Below are positions 50,933 through 64,000 of a stretch of DNA of 64,000 bases, piece after piece. The translations under genes and the position numbers were made by a program. Below the pieces are notes generated by a model. It saw only the letters and a program-made list of their open reading frames with translations. It was not told where the DNA came from and ran no database searches. This DNA comes from Octopus bimaculoides. Lineage: Eukaryota. Where the stretch lies: positions 44,963,818 to 45,027,817 of the forward strand of contig NC_069000.1 in assembly GCF_001194135.2 (NCBI RefSeq). The letters run 5' to 3'. Each line of letters starts with the position of its first letter. Position 1 is the first letter of the stretch.

Positions 50933-51438
50933 TATGTAAGAAATCAACATGTTGATGGTGAGTCTCAGGACTTATCGTGATTGTGACCACCAATACAACC
51001 ATGACCACCACCACCATCATCATTGTTATTACTGCTTTTACTATAAGCTACAAACGTCTGTAGTATTAAATACTTTCTAAGTTATGCCAGATCAGAATCC
51101 ACAAAGAGTTTACTAGCAGCAGCAGCAGCAGTAGCAGCAGTGTTCCAGTTAGAATGATACTTCATTAGACAGGTTGGGGAAGAGGAGTGATGGTGGTGGT
51201 GGTGGGGGGAGGAGAAAATAATGAAGCAGAATGTATTTGTGGATGGGTTTGTGTGTGTGGTTCCATAAGCAGATGTGTATGTGCACGTGTGTGAGTGTAT
51301 GTAACTTTATGTGTATGTGTGTCTGTGCATAGTATGTATATTTCTGTATGTATGTATATATATATACACACACACACACAATATTATATAGTGTCAAATC
51401 AAAAGAATGGAAGTAATTTTAGTTAGTCTGTGAAAGCA

Positions 51439-51439
<1 letters not shown>

Positions 51440-51477
<38 letters not shown>

Positions 51478-51543
51478 GTGTGTCTATATGTCTATATATA
51501 TATATATATGTGTCTATATATATATATATGTATATATATGTAT

Positions 51544-51575
<32 letters not shown>

Positions 51576-51612
51576 GTATGCATGTATATATGTATATATA
51601 TCTATATGTATG

Positions 51613-51646
<34 letters not shown>

Positions 51647-51721
51647 CACACACACATGCATACATAGACATAAACATGTTTATAAATACATATATGTTTA
51701 CATGCAGAGAGATACATGTGT

Positions 51722-51760
<39 letters not shown>

Positions 51761-51784
51761 CACAGTATACACACACATATACAA

Positions 51785-51828
<44 letters not shown>

Positions 51829-51830
51829 AT
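51440..51830. repeat. (AT)n/(AC)n microsatellite block
   Basis: Direct inspection. Confidence 0.95.
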
Positions 51831-54800
51831 ACAGTAAAACTGAAAAGAATGGAAGCAATTTCGGTCGGTCTGCTGCGAAAGTAGGAACCGAATATGACTC
51901 ACAGAAAGAAGAAAGAAGGAGGAGGAGGAGGAAAAGAAGAGAGAAGAAAATAAGAAAAAAAAGAAAAAGAGACGTGGATGGGGGGAAGAAGGGGAGGGGG
52001 NNNNNNNNNNNNNNNNNNNNNNNNNNNNNNNNNNNNNNNNNNNNNNNNNNNNNNNNNNNNNNNNNNNNNNNNNNNNNNNNNNNNNNNNNNNNNNNNNNNN
52101 NNNNNNNNNNNNNNNNNNNNNNNNNNNNNNNNNNNNNNNNNNNNNNNNNNNNNNNNNNNNNNNNNNNNNNNNNNNNNNNNNNNNNNNNNNNNNNNNNNNN
52201 NNNNNNNNNNNNNNNNNNNNNNNNNNNNNNNNNNNNNNNNNNNNNNNNNNNNNNNNNNNNNNNNNNNNNNNATCATCATCATCATCATCATTATTATTAT
52301 TATTATTTACTTTTTTCCGTATGGTTTGGGCATGGGTATGTGGGATATTTGCGGGTGGGGGGGGGGATATATGGTGTGTGTGCTGTTGGTCTAAGTTCAG
52401 CCCAATATTTTTAATTGTAGTGGTGGTGGTCACAGTGATGGTGTTGGTAGTAGTATTAGTAATGGTAGTTGTGGTGGTGGTAGTGTGATAGTAGTAGTAG
52501 TAGTAGTAAAGGGGATGGTTGTGGTAGTTGTGATTGTAGTAGTAGTAGTAATAGCAACAGTTGCAGTGAGTGATGGTAGTAGTAGTAGTGGTGGTAGTAA
52601 TACACACAAGACTTGTGTGTCTGTGTTCGTCCCTCCACCATCACTTGACAACCGATGTTGGTGTGTTTACGTCCCCGAAACTTAGCGCTTTGGCAAAAAG
52701 AGACCTAAGTCTACAAAGAATAAGTCTTGGTGTCAATTTGTTCAACTAAAAGTGGTGCTCCAGCATGGCTGCAATCAAAATGCCTGAAACAAATAAAAGA
52801 ACATAATATAGCAAATGACAGCTCCTCAAGGTGCCATACAGTGGGACTGAACCTGAAACCATATGGCTGCAAATTGAGTTTCTTAAGTACAAACCCATGC
52901 CTTCGAATATTTACAAAAAATAACACCCCTATCAAAAAAAACAAAAAACAAAAAAAAACAACAACAGAGAACAAAGCGTGAAATGTTTCTTTAATAATTT
53001 ATTATCATTTAAATAAAAAAAAAGAAAGAAACACAACAAAACATCCACAGGTAGTTAGTGTCAATAACAACAACAACATGAATGTTCCTAACAAAAGTGT
53101 GAGATAGGTCGTCATCCAAATATTCTATGTTGAAGTGCTGATATTGCACTCAAGCGGCATCGAATAAAGACCCTCTCTTCTGCATGAAGGGTCATTATGA
53201 TGTCTTGTGTATAAGTTTAGAATCTAGATATGGTGGGAATGGTGAGAGAGAAGAGGTTATTAGATAGGTGTATAGCTATTTGCATACATACACACATATA
53301 TAAATATACATATGTATAGGTATATACACATGTATGTTTATGTGTGTGTGTGTGTGTGAGTATATCAAAGTAGCACAATTTTCATGAAACACTACCTGGT
53401 ATATATGTTTTAAATATTTTTTCAATAATGTTTTTGGTTTAAAAAAAATATTAAACCATTTATATATGAATATATATATATATATATATATACACACAGA
53501 TATATGCACACACATATATATATATATGTATGTGTGTGTGTATATATATACACACACACATACACACATTTCACTCTGGGTAAGATTTGAAAGCACAGCA
53601 CAACCAAATTTTTCAGCAATATGAGAGTATTAAGGATGACTTCTAAGACAGACTCAGAGATTAGAAATCTGGAGGTGGGTGGAGAAACAGCAGACTACAT
53701 CGACCCCCCCACCCCTGTACTTAACAACAAGTATCATATCCCCCCCCCCGGCTGGACAAAACGAGATGTAAACTAAAACAACAAAAAGGAAAAGTTTCAT
53801 TAAAAACAGCAAAATATTGGTTCTGGAAGTGGGTAGGAGGTAGTCAGACGAGTAACCCAACCTCCTCGTTATCAGCTAAGAAACGAAACCTTTCCACCAT
53901 AGAGAGGATTTCACTAACAACATACCTCTGGTGAAATCATTATCATTTTAATATCCCCCTTTCCATGCTTGCTTGGGTCAGGTGGAATCTGTTGAGGCAG
54001 ATTTTCCATGGCTGGATGTCTTTCCTGTCACCAACCCTCACCTGTTTCCTCAGCAAGGTGATATCTCCCCCCCCCCACCTAGGCCTAATGTGTTTTTTGT
54101 GGAAGATTTGAAATGAACAGCATTGCTTTTATGATGATGATGATGATGGTGCTTAATTACAAACATCATCTAATGTCAAGACATGGGTACACATACACAT
54201 GATGGGCTTCTTTCAGTTTCCATTCACAAGGCTCTGGTTGGTCTGGGGCGCATAGTGGGACTGAACCTGTAGCCACATGGCTGGAAAGCAAGCTGCCTAA
54301 ACCACTCAGCCGCGTTTACACTTTCAAGCAATAACTATTTACTAACAAACCTTACAGGATATCTTTACTACAGGGATTAAGGAAATAATACTTGTTCTGT
54401 GACGTGGTTTTCATAGAGATTAAAGATTAAGGATTATTTATGATACGTCATCTCCATCAGTTAATTAACTAACTTGAGTTGAGATTCAAAGTAACAGCAA
54501 CAGTAAATATCTTGGACAACTGTGATAAATAATGGTTTTGGAGGTTTCTCCTGGTTTTGCTGGTTCTGGAAAAAAGACAAAACAAAACAAAACAGATAAA
54601 CATAAATATAAACATTTCATTGCAATAATGATGATGACGATAATGATAATAATAATAATAATAATAATAATGACGATGACGATGATGATGATAATTTCAA
54701 TAGTAAAACTAATTGATGTTGTATATTTTCTGTATAAAATCTCACCCAACACGTGTTTTGCGCAATCACCACACATACAACATATACCTGACGCCAGTCC

Positions 54801-55234
54801 TAAGCAAACTGTGGCCAGTGGGAGCTTCTGAATGGCATGCCTAAAGAAAAAATTACCATCACTTTTATTTTTAGTAGCGTGGCTTGTCTGATGATGAGCC
54901 ATGTCTCAGGTGCACGCAGCCACTTTGTAAAGGCATTGCCCGCACACCCACGTGTCCTTGCACCCTACCCAGTCACCACACTGACAATAAGGTGCCATTT
55001 GTAATTAACAGCTGATTGGTTAGAGCCATAATTAGGTCAATAGGATCGTCGGAAGCTGTGGAATTAATTGATTTAAAAGATTAAAGCAGGCATCTACAAC
55101 AACATCAACGACAATGACAACAACAACAATGCCCTCTTATCTTCGGCAACAGGCAAGTATGCATGCAGTAACAACGCAAATTACATACACAGGCAATTAT
55201 ACAACGCAGATGTATTTATGCGCACAAACTAATA

Positions 55235-56134
55235 TATGAAGGGGTACCCTAAAGTAATGGGAAAAGTTTTCTGTGGGACAAGCCCATTGTAGTTCAGGCT
55301 TCTGTTGCTAGAAACCACTTGATGCAAACCTCAGGCATCAGTCTGCAGACCAGCATTGTCAAGTGCTGTTGTATTGGCACATGGTGCGTATTTGTTTTGT
55401 GTGGCTTCTTCTCCGTTTGTTGAGTTTTGTGACGACTGAAATGAAGACACAGTGTGCTTCTGTGAAATTCTGTTTTCTACTGGGCAAAATAGCAGCTGAA
55501 ACAGTTGTCATGCTTCTAACAAGGATGATGCCATGATCAAAACATAAGTTTATGAGTGGCTTCCATGCTTTAGGAATGGTCACTTGTCGCTTGAAGATCA
55601 ACCTCATTCAGGGTGACCATCAGTCTCCCTAAAGGAATGAAAACAGGAAAATTCATGAAGTGATCTTGGAGGACCATCACCGAATTGACAAACTTGTTGA
55701 TATGACTGGTGTGTCCTGGTGCTCCTGCCAACGAATTTTGAGTGAGGAATTAGGAATGGAAACAGTTGCAGTAAAATTTGTGCCTCGCTTGGTCATGGAA
55801 TATCAAAAGCAGTCAGGACTGAATGTGTGTTGTGGACTGAAAGAACAGTTGGAAGATGATCCAGACTCTTATTTCGAAGGTCATCACTGGTGATGAAGGC
55901 TGTGTGCTATGGAATTTGCAGGTGTGAAAGAGGTGAAGGAAAAAACGATGGAGGTGTTAAAAGGCATCACATTGCAAGAGTTCCTGCACTGCTTCAAACA
56001 GTGGAGAACGCGTCTGGACCAATGCATTGCTTCAAATGGAGAATAGTTTGAAAGTAATAAAAGTGTAAACATGTAAAACTAAGGGAATAAAATAATATTG
56101 CAAAATTCCAGTTTCTTTCGGGTACCCCCTCGTA
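55235..56134 (+). mobile_element. Internally deleted mariner element with both TIRs
   Basis: TIRs tatgaaggggtaccctaaag / ctttcgggtaccccctcgta with TA ends; remnants QCASVKFCFLLGKIAAETVVML, RILSEELGM..VAVKFVPRL and a C-terminal fragment; catalytic core missing. Confidence 0.88.
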
Positions 56135-56609
56135 TACATACATACATACACACACACACAGACATTTATTCACTTACATACATATATACATGCTTTGTAA
56201 ATTCTCACTATCTATCTATCTATCTATCTATATATATATATATATATATACACGAACAGACAACACAGAAATCAAATATAAAGGCATTGAGAAATATCTT
56301 TTATCTTTTCTTTGCTGCAGTCATGAGACTGCGACCATACTGGGGCATGCCCTGAGGAACTTTAACTGAATGCATTGATCTCAGTATTTATATTGAAGTG
56401 TTTGACAAAACACTTACTCAAACACACACACAGTTTCAGCCTACCAAATCCACTCACAAGGCTTTGGTCAGCCCAAAGCTACAGAAGAAGACACTTGCCC
56501 AAGGTACCATGCAGTGGGATTGAACCTGGAACCAAGTGGTCAGGAAGCAAACTTCTAACCACACAGCCTTGTCTGTGCCTATATATATATATATATATAT
56601 ATAAGTAGT

Positions 56610-56785
56610 AATAACATTCTTTTCTACTCTAGGCACAAGGCCCGAATTAGATCGACCCCAGTATGCAACTGGTACTTAATTTATTGACTCCGAAAGGATG
56701 AAAGGCAAAGTTGACCTCGGTGGAATTTGAACTCACCACTAAGCATTTCGCCTGGCGTGCTAACAATTCTGCCAGCTCCACTGCC
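56610..56785 (-). mobile_element. SINE family A copy
   Basis: Reverse-complement match with an internal deletion. Confidence 0.75.
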
Positions 56786-58689
56786 TTTATAAGTAGTAAT
56801 AATAGAAAAAAAAAACAGTGTGCCTTCTCTGTCCTGGGCTCTGGCAACCCCATTACACTGTAGAATTTGGATACACCACTTAACTTTCAGGTAAACTTCA
56901 GTGTTAATTATAGCTGATGATGTGTCTGCAGAGATCAATAGTTCTCACCCAATTTGACTTATTGCAAATCAAACTAAAAAATTATTGGTGCATTTTGCAT
57001 GGACAGATAAAAAAAAAAATCCTTTTAAAAATTAAAAACTAAAAAAAATACCAAAAATCTATTGCTTACCTTGTTTAATTAGTAACACCTGTATATAATA
57101 AAATTATGGTAACGGTTTTTTTTAATAAAAGCTCAACCCTTTAGCATTCAGATTATTCTGTCAAATGTAATGCTTATTTATCCATTCTGTTTGAATTAAT
57201 CATGGATCATCTTGGTAGCTTCCAGATTTTGATGGAGTGATTTTTTTACTTTTTAGAATGACATTGTAGGGTAGATGTGAGAGGCATGATCTGGTCAGTT
57301 TCGATGTAAAAGCAGGTAGAATATTCGAGTCGGTTATTGCTGGTTTAAATGCTAAAGGGTTCAGCATTAAATAAGGGGGGTTTTGATGCTTTAGAGGCCT
57401 TAAATATAAAATACTGAAAATGGAAAGCCTCATACAATGTGAAAGGAAAAAAATTTAATAACCTTTATATTTCAAGCACAACAGCCCATCATCAGGAACA
57501 AATGAATTAAAGAAATGTGAGTCTACATAGTAAATTAGCGATGTTTGGTCAGTACTCTATAGACTTAGTACTTCTGATGACAGGCCTTTGTGCCTGAAAT
57601 ATATAAAGGATATTAAACTTGTATTGTAAGATGCTCTCCATCTTCCTTATTTTGCTATTTTACTTCCGTATCACAATGGTTCAAGCAAGCTGCAATTCTC
57701 TTTTTAAAAGTGCATGGTGCACCACAGCACTCTGGTGTACATGTGTGAGAGTCACTGGCAACAAGATACATACCCTGTATGATATCCTAGTCATACCCTC
57801 CTATCATTTCTCAGACACAGTCGTCTAATTACTCCAAGTTGGCATCAACAAAGAGACCATCTAGCAACCTGATAATTCTAGGCAAACAGACTTAAAGTGG
57901 CACCTACCAAAACCCACTGTGCCCCTTCTTACCAGTGCTAACAGAGAACATCAAAGACAACTGATTCTCACATTAAACAACATGGAACATAAACACAAAA
58001 TAATAAAGTATTAGGAATTAGATGCAACATTTTTACATTAACAGAACATGTGGTAAGGAAAGTAAAACAACACATAAACATACTTTGAACACTTGCAGGA
58101 ACCATATTTGGTCAAATTCAAAGAATCAACAACAATGTTATACAAACAAACATATTAAATCCATTATAAAAAGCACCTGTGCTGGTTCCACATAAAAAGC
58201 ACCCTGTACACTCTGTAAAGTGGTTGGTATTAGGAAGGGCATCCAGCTGTAGAAACCATGCCAAAACAGACAACTGGAGCCGGGTACACCTCTCTGGCTT
58301 GTTAGCTCTTCTGTCAAACCGTCCAACCCATGCCAGCATGGTAAACAGACATTAAATGATGATGATGATTATGCTGGTCCTGCTTGGGTTGTTTTGCGAG
58401 GGTCACAGTTTGATGCCACAGCAAGCTCCAAGCTTCCCAATCTCAGTCACAGCATGTACACTGACCACCACACCACACCACACACATCTGCAACATCCCA
58501 AGACTCTTCCAAAATGCCTTCCTCAGACCATTCTCCTCTCCTATCAGATCTTACCCACACTTAAACAGCTGCAGTAACATCAATAACTGTCACAACTGCG
58601 ACATGCACAATCACTGCCAAACGCATCTGTAACATTTCCTGTAACATCAAATATCAAGTCACAATCAAATGGAATTTGTAGTTGTGGCC

Positions 58690-59043
58690 ATGCCAGTGCT
58701 GCCTGACTGGCTCCTGTGATGGTGGCACACAATAAGCACCATTCATGCATGATTCGTTACCAGTACCGCTAGACTGGCTCCCTGTGCCAGAGGCATGTAA
58801 AAAGCACCATCCGAATGTGGTTGATGCCAGGGCCACCTGACTGGTTCCCGTGCCAGTGGCACGTAAAAAGCACCCCCTACACTCTTGGAGTGGTTGGCAT
58901 TAGGAAGGGCATCCAGATATAGAAACCTTACCAGATCAGATTGGAGCCTGGTGCGGCCTCCTGGCTTGCCAATCCCCAGTCAAACTGTTCAACCCATGCC
59001 AGCATGGGAAACGGACGTTAAACGATGATGATGATGATGATGA
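58690..59043 (+). mobile_element. Repeat family C copy with internally tandem-repeated 5' unit
   Basis: gactggctcc..gtgcc.gtggcacgtaaaaagcacc unit repeated about three times before the shared tail. Confidence 0.75.
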
Positions 59044-60716
59044 TCCCAGGAAATTCCTGCAACATCTTTCTCAGATCACCCTGTCTCTCCAACCAGATCC
59101 TAATCACACATAAATAACTGCAGTAACATTGGTAACCTTCCCAACTACCAATGATAAGTGGAAACGTACAGTAATGGCTGGCAGCAAACAAGTGGCAGAA
59201 GCATTAGAGTGCTGGTTAGAATGGCTTGCAGTAGTTGTTCCAACTGTCCGCATGTGAGTTCAAATCCTGGCAAGGTTGTTTTCTGCCTTTTATCTTCTCT
59301 GGGTCAAAAAAAAAATGTTATGTCAGAATGTGTAGCATGGTCAGCAAATGGGAGCTGACAGGATGTAACTGGGAAGAGGGACTTAGGGGTCTGTCATAAG
59401 ATTTAGGACTTTTCAATTAGGGGCCGATGTGGGGTTTATGACAACCACTACCAACACATACTACGACTGTTTACTATACTGTGGCATTAACATACTATAT
59501 ATATATAACTGTTATCCATCACAACACTACTACAACCACATATACCACCACAGTACTATGTCACAAACACATGGCACTAGCATTCATGACCACCTCAACA
59601 CTACAACACCAACACATACTACTCACCGTTGGACATAAATTAACTCAAGACTCAATTTTGGAAACATGCAGTTAATGATAATTAATGATAAAATATGATA
59701 ATTAAGGGTTGTATATTTGACGAAAGGAGGGAGGGGATGAGGTAGATGTAATAATGAGAGGGGGAGTGAGACGGGAGGGCGAAGGGTACATGAAAAGCTG
59801 TTGGGGCTGGATTGTAAGCTGGGAAAAAAAACTGGAAAAGAGCGTGGAGAATAGCAAATGTTTATTAATTATTATGAGGTTAACGAGGGAGTAACTGCAA
59901 TGAAAATACATTTAAAATGGACATGAGCAAGTGAGGATGAAGAGGAGGAGTCATGCTGCAGAGATATACGAGAAAAAGAATATTAAAGGACCATGGATAA
60001 TATTTCAAAGAAAAAAGTGAAAAAAAGTAAAGAAAAATTTTTAAAAAATAAATAAAAACAAAAAAAAAGGAGCTTGTTTCGTTCTCAAAGCCATTTCACT
60101 CACCAATCAGGATTAGAATAACCTGCAGAAAGAGAAGTTTGTGGGGTGTGAGCTAGCATAGAGTGAAACAAAGTGAACAGGTAGATGAAAGATAGAAACC
60201 TCCACAGGTGGCAAGACAGGGTTTGGTATCTGTCCCCTCGCTGAGGTGTTAGGTCCTTTTCCTTTCATTGTAATATAAACACATAAAAGAAGTTTGTTTG
60301 GTAAACTTAGCTGGAAAAAAAAAAACACACATAAAAGATGTTCTTGTGCAGTGAGAGAGAGAGAGAGAGAGAGATGTGTTATGTAAATGTTGTTGATGTT
60401 ACTGTTGTTTAGACCAGTCCCACAGCTGTGAGGGCAGCCCTCATCCAACAGGCTTCTGTAGAAGTCATTGCTGTTGTTTAAGGACCCACCACATCTGTGA
60501 GGGCAGCCCACATCCAGCTGATTTGAACTCAGAGTACCACAGACAACCAGGAGGAATACTATGAACTATTCTATCAGACACTTTACAATAATTTCACCAA
60601 TTTGTGCCACCATTAATTAATTCAGTTGGTTAACATATTCAATGTAGGAAAAACATGCTTGGTAGTATGTCAGATAACACATATTGCTCATTGTTTCCTA
60701 AACTTTTTGCCCAAAA

Positions 60717-60929
60717 CATAATTTACATTTGATGGATATTTGTCCTCATCTTGTTTATTGTTAACACAACGTTTCGGCTGGTATACCCTCCAGCCTTCAT
60801 CAGGTGTCTTGGGGAAATTTCGAACCTGGGTTCTCATTCCTAAGGTATTTTTTGATGTTTACTGCCTGGAATCGAACTCAGAATCTTGGGGTTAGTAGCC
60901 CGTGCTCTTAACTACTATGCCATATGCCC
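60717..60929 (-). mobile_element. tRNA-headed SINE-like element with a Penelope-type hammerhead motif in its 3' part
   Basis: Head gggcatatggcatagtagttaagagc...gagttcgattcc (A/B boxes) at 60861-60929; hammerhead core at 60763-60808. Confidence 0.65.
60763..60808 (-). ncRNA. Minimal type I hammerhead ribozyme motif
   Basis: GACAC CTGATGA A GGCTGG agggtata CCAGCC GAAA CG TT GTGTT: core CUGAUGA/GAAA, 6-bp stem II, palindromic AACGTT stem III, GUU site, stem I GACAC/GTGTT. Confidence 0.7.
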
Positions 60930-61362
60930 TAAAATGGGAGAAGCCATGTAACCCCTTCACAAAAAAAAATTAAAAAAACCTGTTCTGCACTGGTCCCTTT
61001 TTTCATAGTTTAGCTCCCTGATCTCCGAGCATAAATCTACCCTTCTCAGGGTCTGTAGTCTTGCAAGGGGCACGGGGAGCCCACATGGATTGATGAAACT
61101 GTAAGTGTATCTGTAAGATGCTTTGAAGTGTGAGTTATGACATTGTATTCCAAGTTCAAATCCTACCATGGCCTACATGGGAGACAGACTTAATCCATCA
61201 TCAGGTTTAACACAATCACCTGATCACTTTGTGGGTATTAATAGACTTCAAACTATTCCAAGCATTTGGGTTCAGCTCCCTCGTTTGAGGTTATCTTATT
61301 CCCTCCCTCCCACTAACCTTGCAGGTGCTATAGAGGTTCCACATCACTGCCTGTCTATAGTA

Positions 61363-61622
61363 CAGGGTGTTCAAAAAGTCTCTCCGCAGTAAGTATTTTA
61401 TTATACAATAAATATTTTATAAGATGGTATAAGACTACAGAAGAATATATTAGACTTTACAAGACTTTAAAAAACTTTAAGAGGTGTTGAAAATGTCATC
61501 CTTCATTTTCAATACACAAGTTGACTCTTCTACACATGTTTTGAAATATATCTTGGAGAGTCTGACTCTTGGAGAGTCAGGATGAAAAAAATTCACTGCG
61601 GAGAGACTTTTTGAATACCCTA
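61363..61622. mobile_element. Tc1/mariner-type MITE (260 bp)
   Basis: 28-bp TIRs cagggtgttcaaaaagtctctccgcagt / actgcggagagactttttgaatacccta (2 mismatches), TA on both sides. Confidence 0.85.
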
Positions 61623-63935
61623 TATAAAAAAAAAGGGAAAATAAAAATCCCATTAAGTCTGTGGTGAAGATTACCCCACTAAACAGGGTTTTGTTGTACC
61701 AAGATGTAATGTACAGTTGTGGCTGTCATCACAGTACCATGCTGTGGACAGTGAAGTGGTTTGAAACGGTTAGTTCCGCAATGAAAAGCAGCGTGAAGAA
61801 GAAGAACCAAAAGACTTGCAATGGTTTATGTGCAACAGCAGCAGATGTAGAATGCATTATGCAGTGAAACCAGCCTCTGTAGACTTGCAAATGCTTGTTA
61901 TTAATGAAAGAATGATGTGGAAGAATTCAGCAACACCATGCCATGAATGAATTTAGTGAGGTTTTTTAATCAGTGAAAGCTGCTCAATGTGGCTAAAACA
62001 AGCACAACATGAACATGGTAGCTGCAAGAAAGAAATGAAGTCACACAAAAATGGTGTTAAGGAGGAGGGATTAGGACATAGGCAACTATAGAATGCTCAT
62101 GGAAACATTACTGAAGATGTTGATCTAAGCGGGCGAAAAACAAACAGCAAAAAAAAAAAAACCACACACATACACAAAAAAAAGAATGTCTTTGAGGAAG
62201 GAGTAAATATTTGGGTTTAGTTGTCTTTCAGCTTCTGGTTCTGATTGAAGATGACATAGGCTGAGACTCAGCTTAGGGATTGAACTTGCAGATTTATGGT
62301 CAAAGGTGTTTCTGTAGTGACTGTATTGGGTGGTAGATAGAAATGGATTGCAATGAAGGGCCTTCTTTTTAAGACATTCACAGTGTAATTTGAGGGAGAT
62401 TTGGCTGCTATATTATTTACTGTCATGATGGATGATCACATAGAAATGCCTTCTTTGCTTTGTATATCCAGTATATATATATATATATATATATAGAAAA
62501 TAGTAACTCAAGCATTCACTGATGTTGCAAATAACCACTTGGCTGAATAAAAATTCACTATTTGCAACACCGGTGAATGCTTTACTGACTGTTTCCTCTA
62601 TCAGAGTCAATGAATTCTCATCTAAGCATGTGATTGCTTGCGAACACACAGCATTGAAGAGGCCCAAACAAGATGAAATGCATCTGGTGGTCTTGCTGGC
62701 TGCTGCTGCTAGGATGATCTTTGTCTCCTTCTTGCATTTGCTATGTTCTAATGCAGCACATTTATAAGACATGTTATCTCAGCACAAATACCACAGTAAC
62801 TGGACTATCAATGGTACACACACACATTTTGTCTGTGTTTGTGTGTGTGTGTAGATGTTTGACCAAATGGTTAGGCAACTGGGATCTTGATCATAAGAGT
62901 GTATATTCAAATCCTGGTGCAGGAAGTGTGTTGTGTTCTTAGACAAGACACTTCACTTCATATTTTGGTCCAAAACTACATCCTCAACAACTCTCACTCC
63001 TCTTACAAGATGGAAAGTTCTGATTTGAGGGAGATTTGACTGCTATTTTTAGGAGACTGTGTGACTGCATAGAGGCTCCCTTGTCAGGTTGGTTAGGTAA
63101 CTTCATATACTTACCAACTGCTGGCTTTTGGTCGGAGATCGTCAAGGATGGCCTCAATCACATCAGTGGTGGTGGAGGTTCCGCCAACATCTGGTGTGTG
63201 GATCTGAAATCAAGGAGACAGCGATATTGGTAAGGGAATGAAGGTTCTTAATTCCCATCTACAGGTGGACAAACTGCAGCTGGGTGGTGGTAGGAATCAT
63301 AATATGTATTGATAAGAGAATGAAGGCCTTTAACTCACATCTACAGGTAGATAGAAAATAACTGAGCATGTGGAAATCACAATACATAGTGGCGAAGGAA
63401 TGAAGGCCCTTAATTCCCATCTACAAGTGGACAGACTGTAGCAGTGTGTGGAACAAATACTAACCCACATCACATTTAATACGATGCTCTTGTCACTTGT
63501 TAACCTTTAACAGTGGGAAACAGTTTATTATACATCAGTCCATCTTTTGTTGAGAAATGTCATGTTTGAAACTATTTTCTGTTGAGATATACTAATCTTA
63601 TTCAAATCAACATAACTTGCAGAAAACAAGTTTATTTTTTGGTAGCTCTTTCGGAACTGATAAAACAAATACCGGTTGGGCGCTGGAGTTGATGTAATCA
63701 GCTTACCTGCTCCCCGCAAAATGCAGGCCTTGTGCCAAAATTTGAAACCAATATTCTACAAACACATGTCTAGTCATGGAAACTGTTATCTTGCTTGGAA
63801 ACAGGTGAGGGTTGGTGACAGGGAGGGCATCTAGCCATAGAAAAAAATTTGCCTCCATAAACACCATCCGACCCATGCAGGCATGGAAATGTGGATGTTA
63901 AAACAACAACAAAGTTTCAAAGAACCAGTTCTTAC

Positions 63936-64000
63936 CTTCTTAGTAATCAACACATTCATGACTGACTCTCGAATCATCGTGGCGTATCTGTAGCAGCTGG
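63936..64000 (-). CDS. Candidate exon of another gene at the window edge
   Basis: Donor AAG|GTAAGA at 63935; open frame SCYRYATMIRESVMNVLITKK; product not recognised. Confidence 0.35.

Noticed and set aside
63236-63440. CRISPR-like repeat-spacer array
   Set aside because: Eukaryotic context, only three degenerate repeats, spacers partly homologous to each other, no cas genes.

Overview
Eukaryotic, AT-rich, microsatellite-dense genomic DNA with assembly gaps. The SINE/LINE content and repeat load are most consistent with an Octopus (coleoid cephalopod) assembly; the species is an inference. Manual splice-aware reading finds three main things. (1) A minus-strand WASP/N-WASP gene that the ORF track misses: seven exons from ATG 32044 down to 6031, encoding WH1, the basic region and CRIB. 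The proline-rich/VCA part was not found and probably lies left of the window. (2) Inside WASP intron 2, a 434-codon His/Tyr/Ser/Gln-rich ORF with its own ATG and a phase-0 GAG|GTAAGA donor that is frame-compatible with WASP exon 3. This is a candidate alternative first exon that would replace half of WH1 with a large low-complexity domain. (3) A minus-strand gene (38899-41128, 5' end unresolved) for a probably secreted EF-hand-pair protein with about 20 acidic 8-aa S-x-E repeats, a candidate biomineral or calcium-binding phosphoprotein. The rest is transposon debris (RTE, L1/Tx1, R4/Dong-like RLE, mariner, Tigger, hAT, MITE, several SINE families). It includes Penelope-type minimal hammerhead ribozyme motifs, one inside a tRNA-headed SINE-like element, plus several long inverted repeats. 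All coordinates and translations were made by eye; no searches were run.
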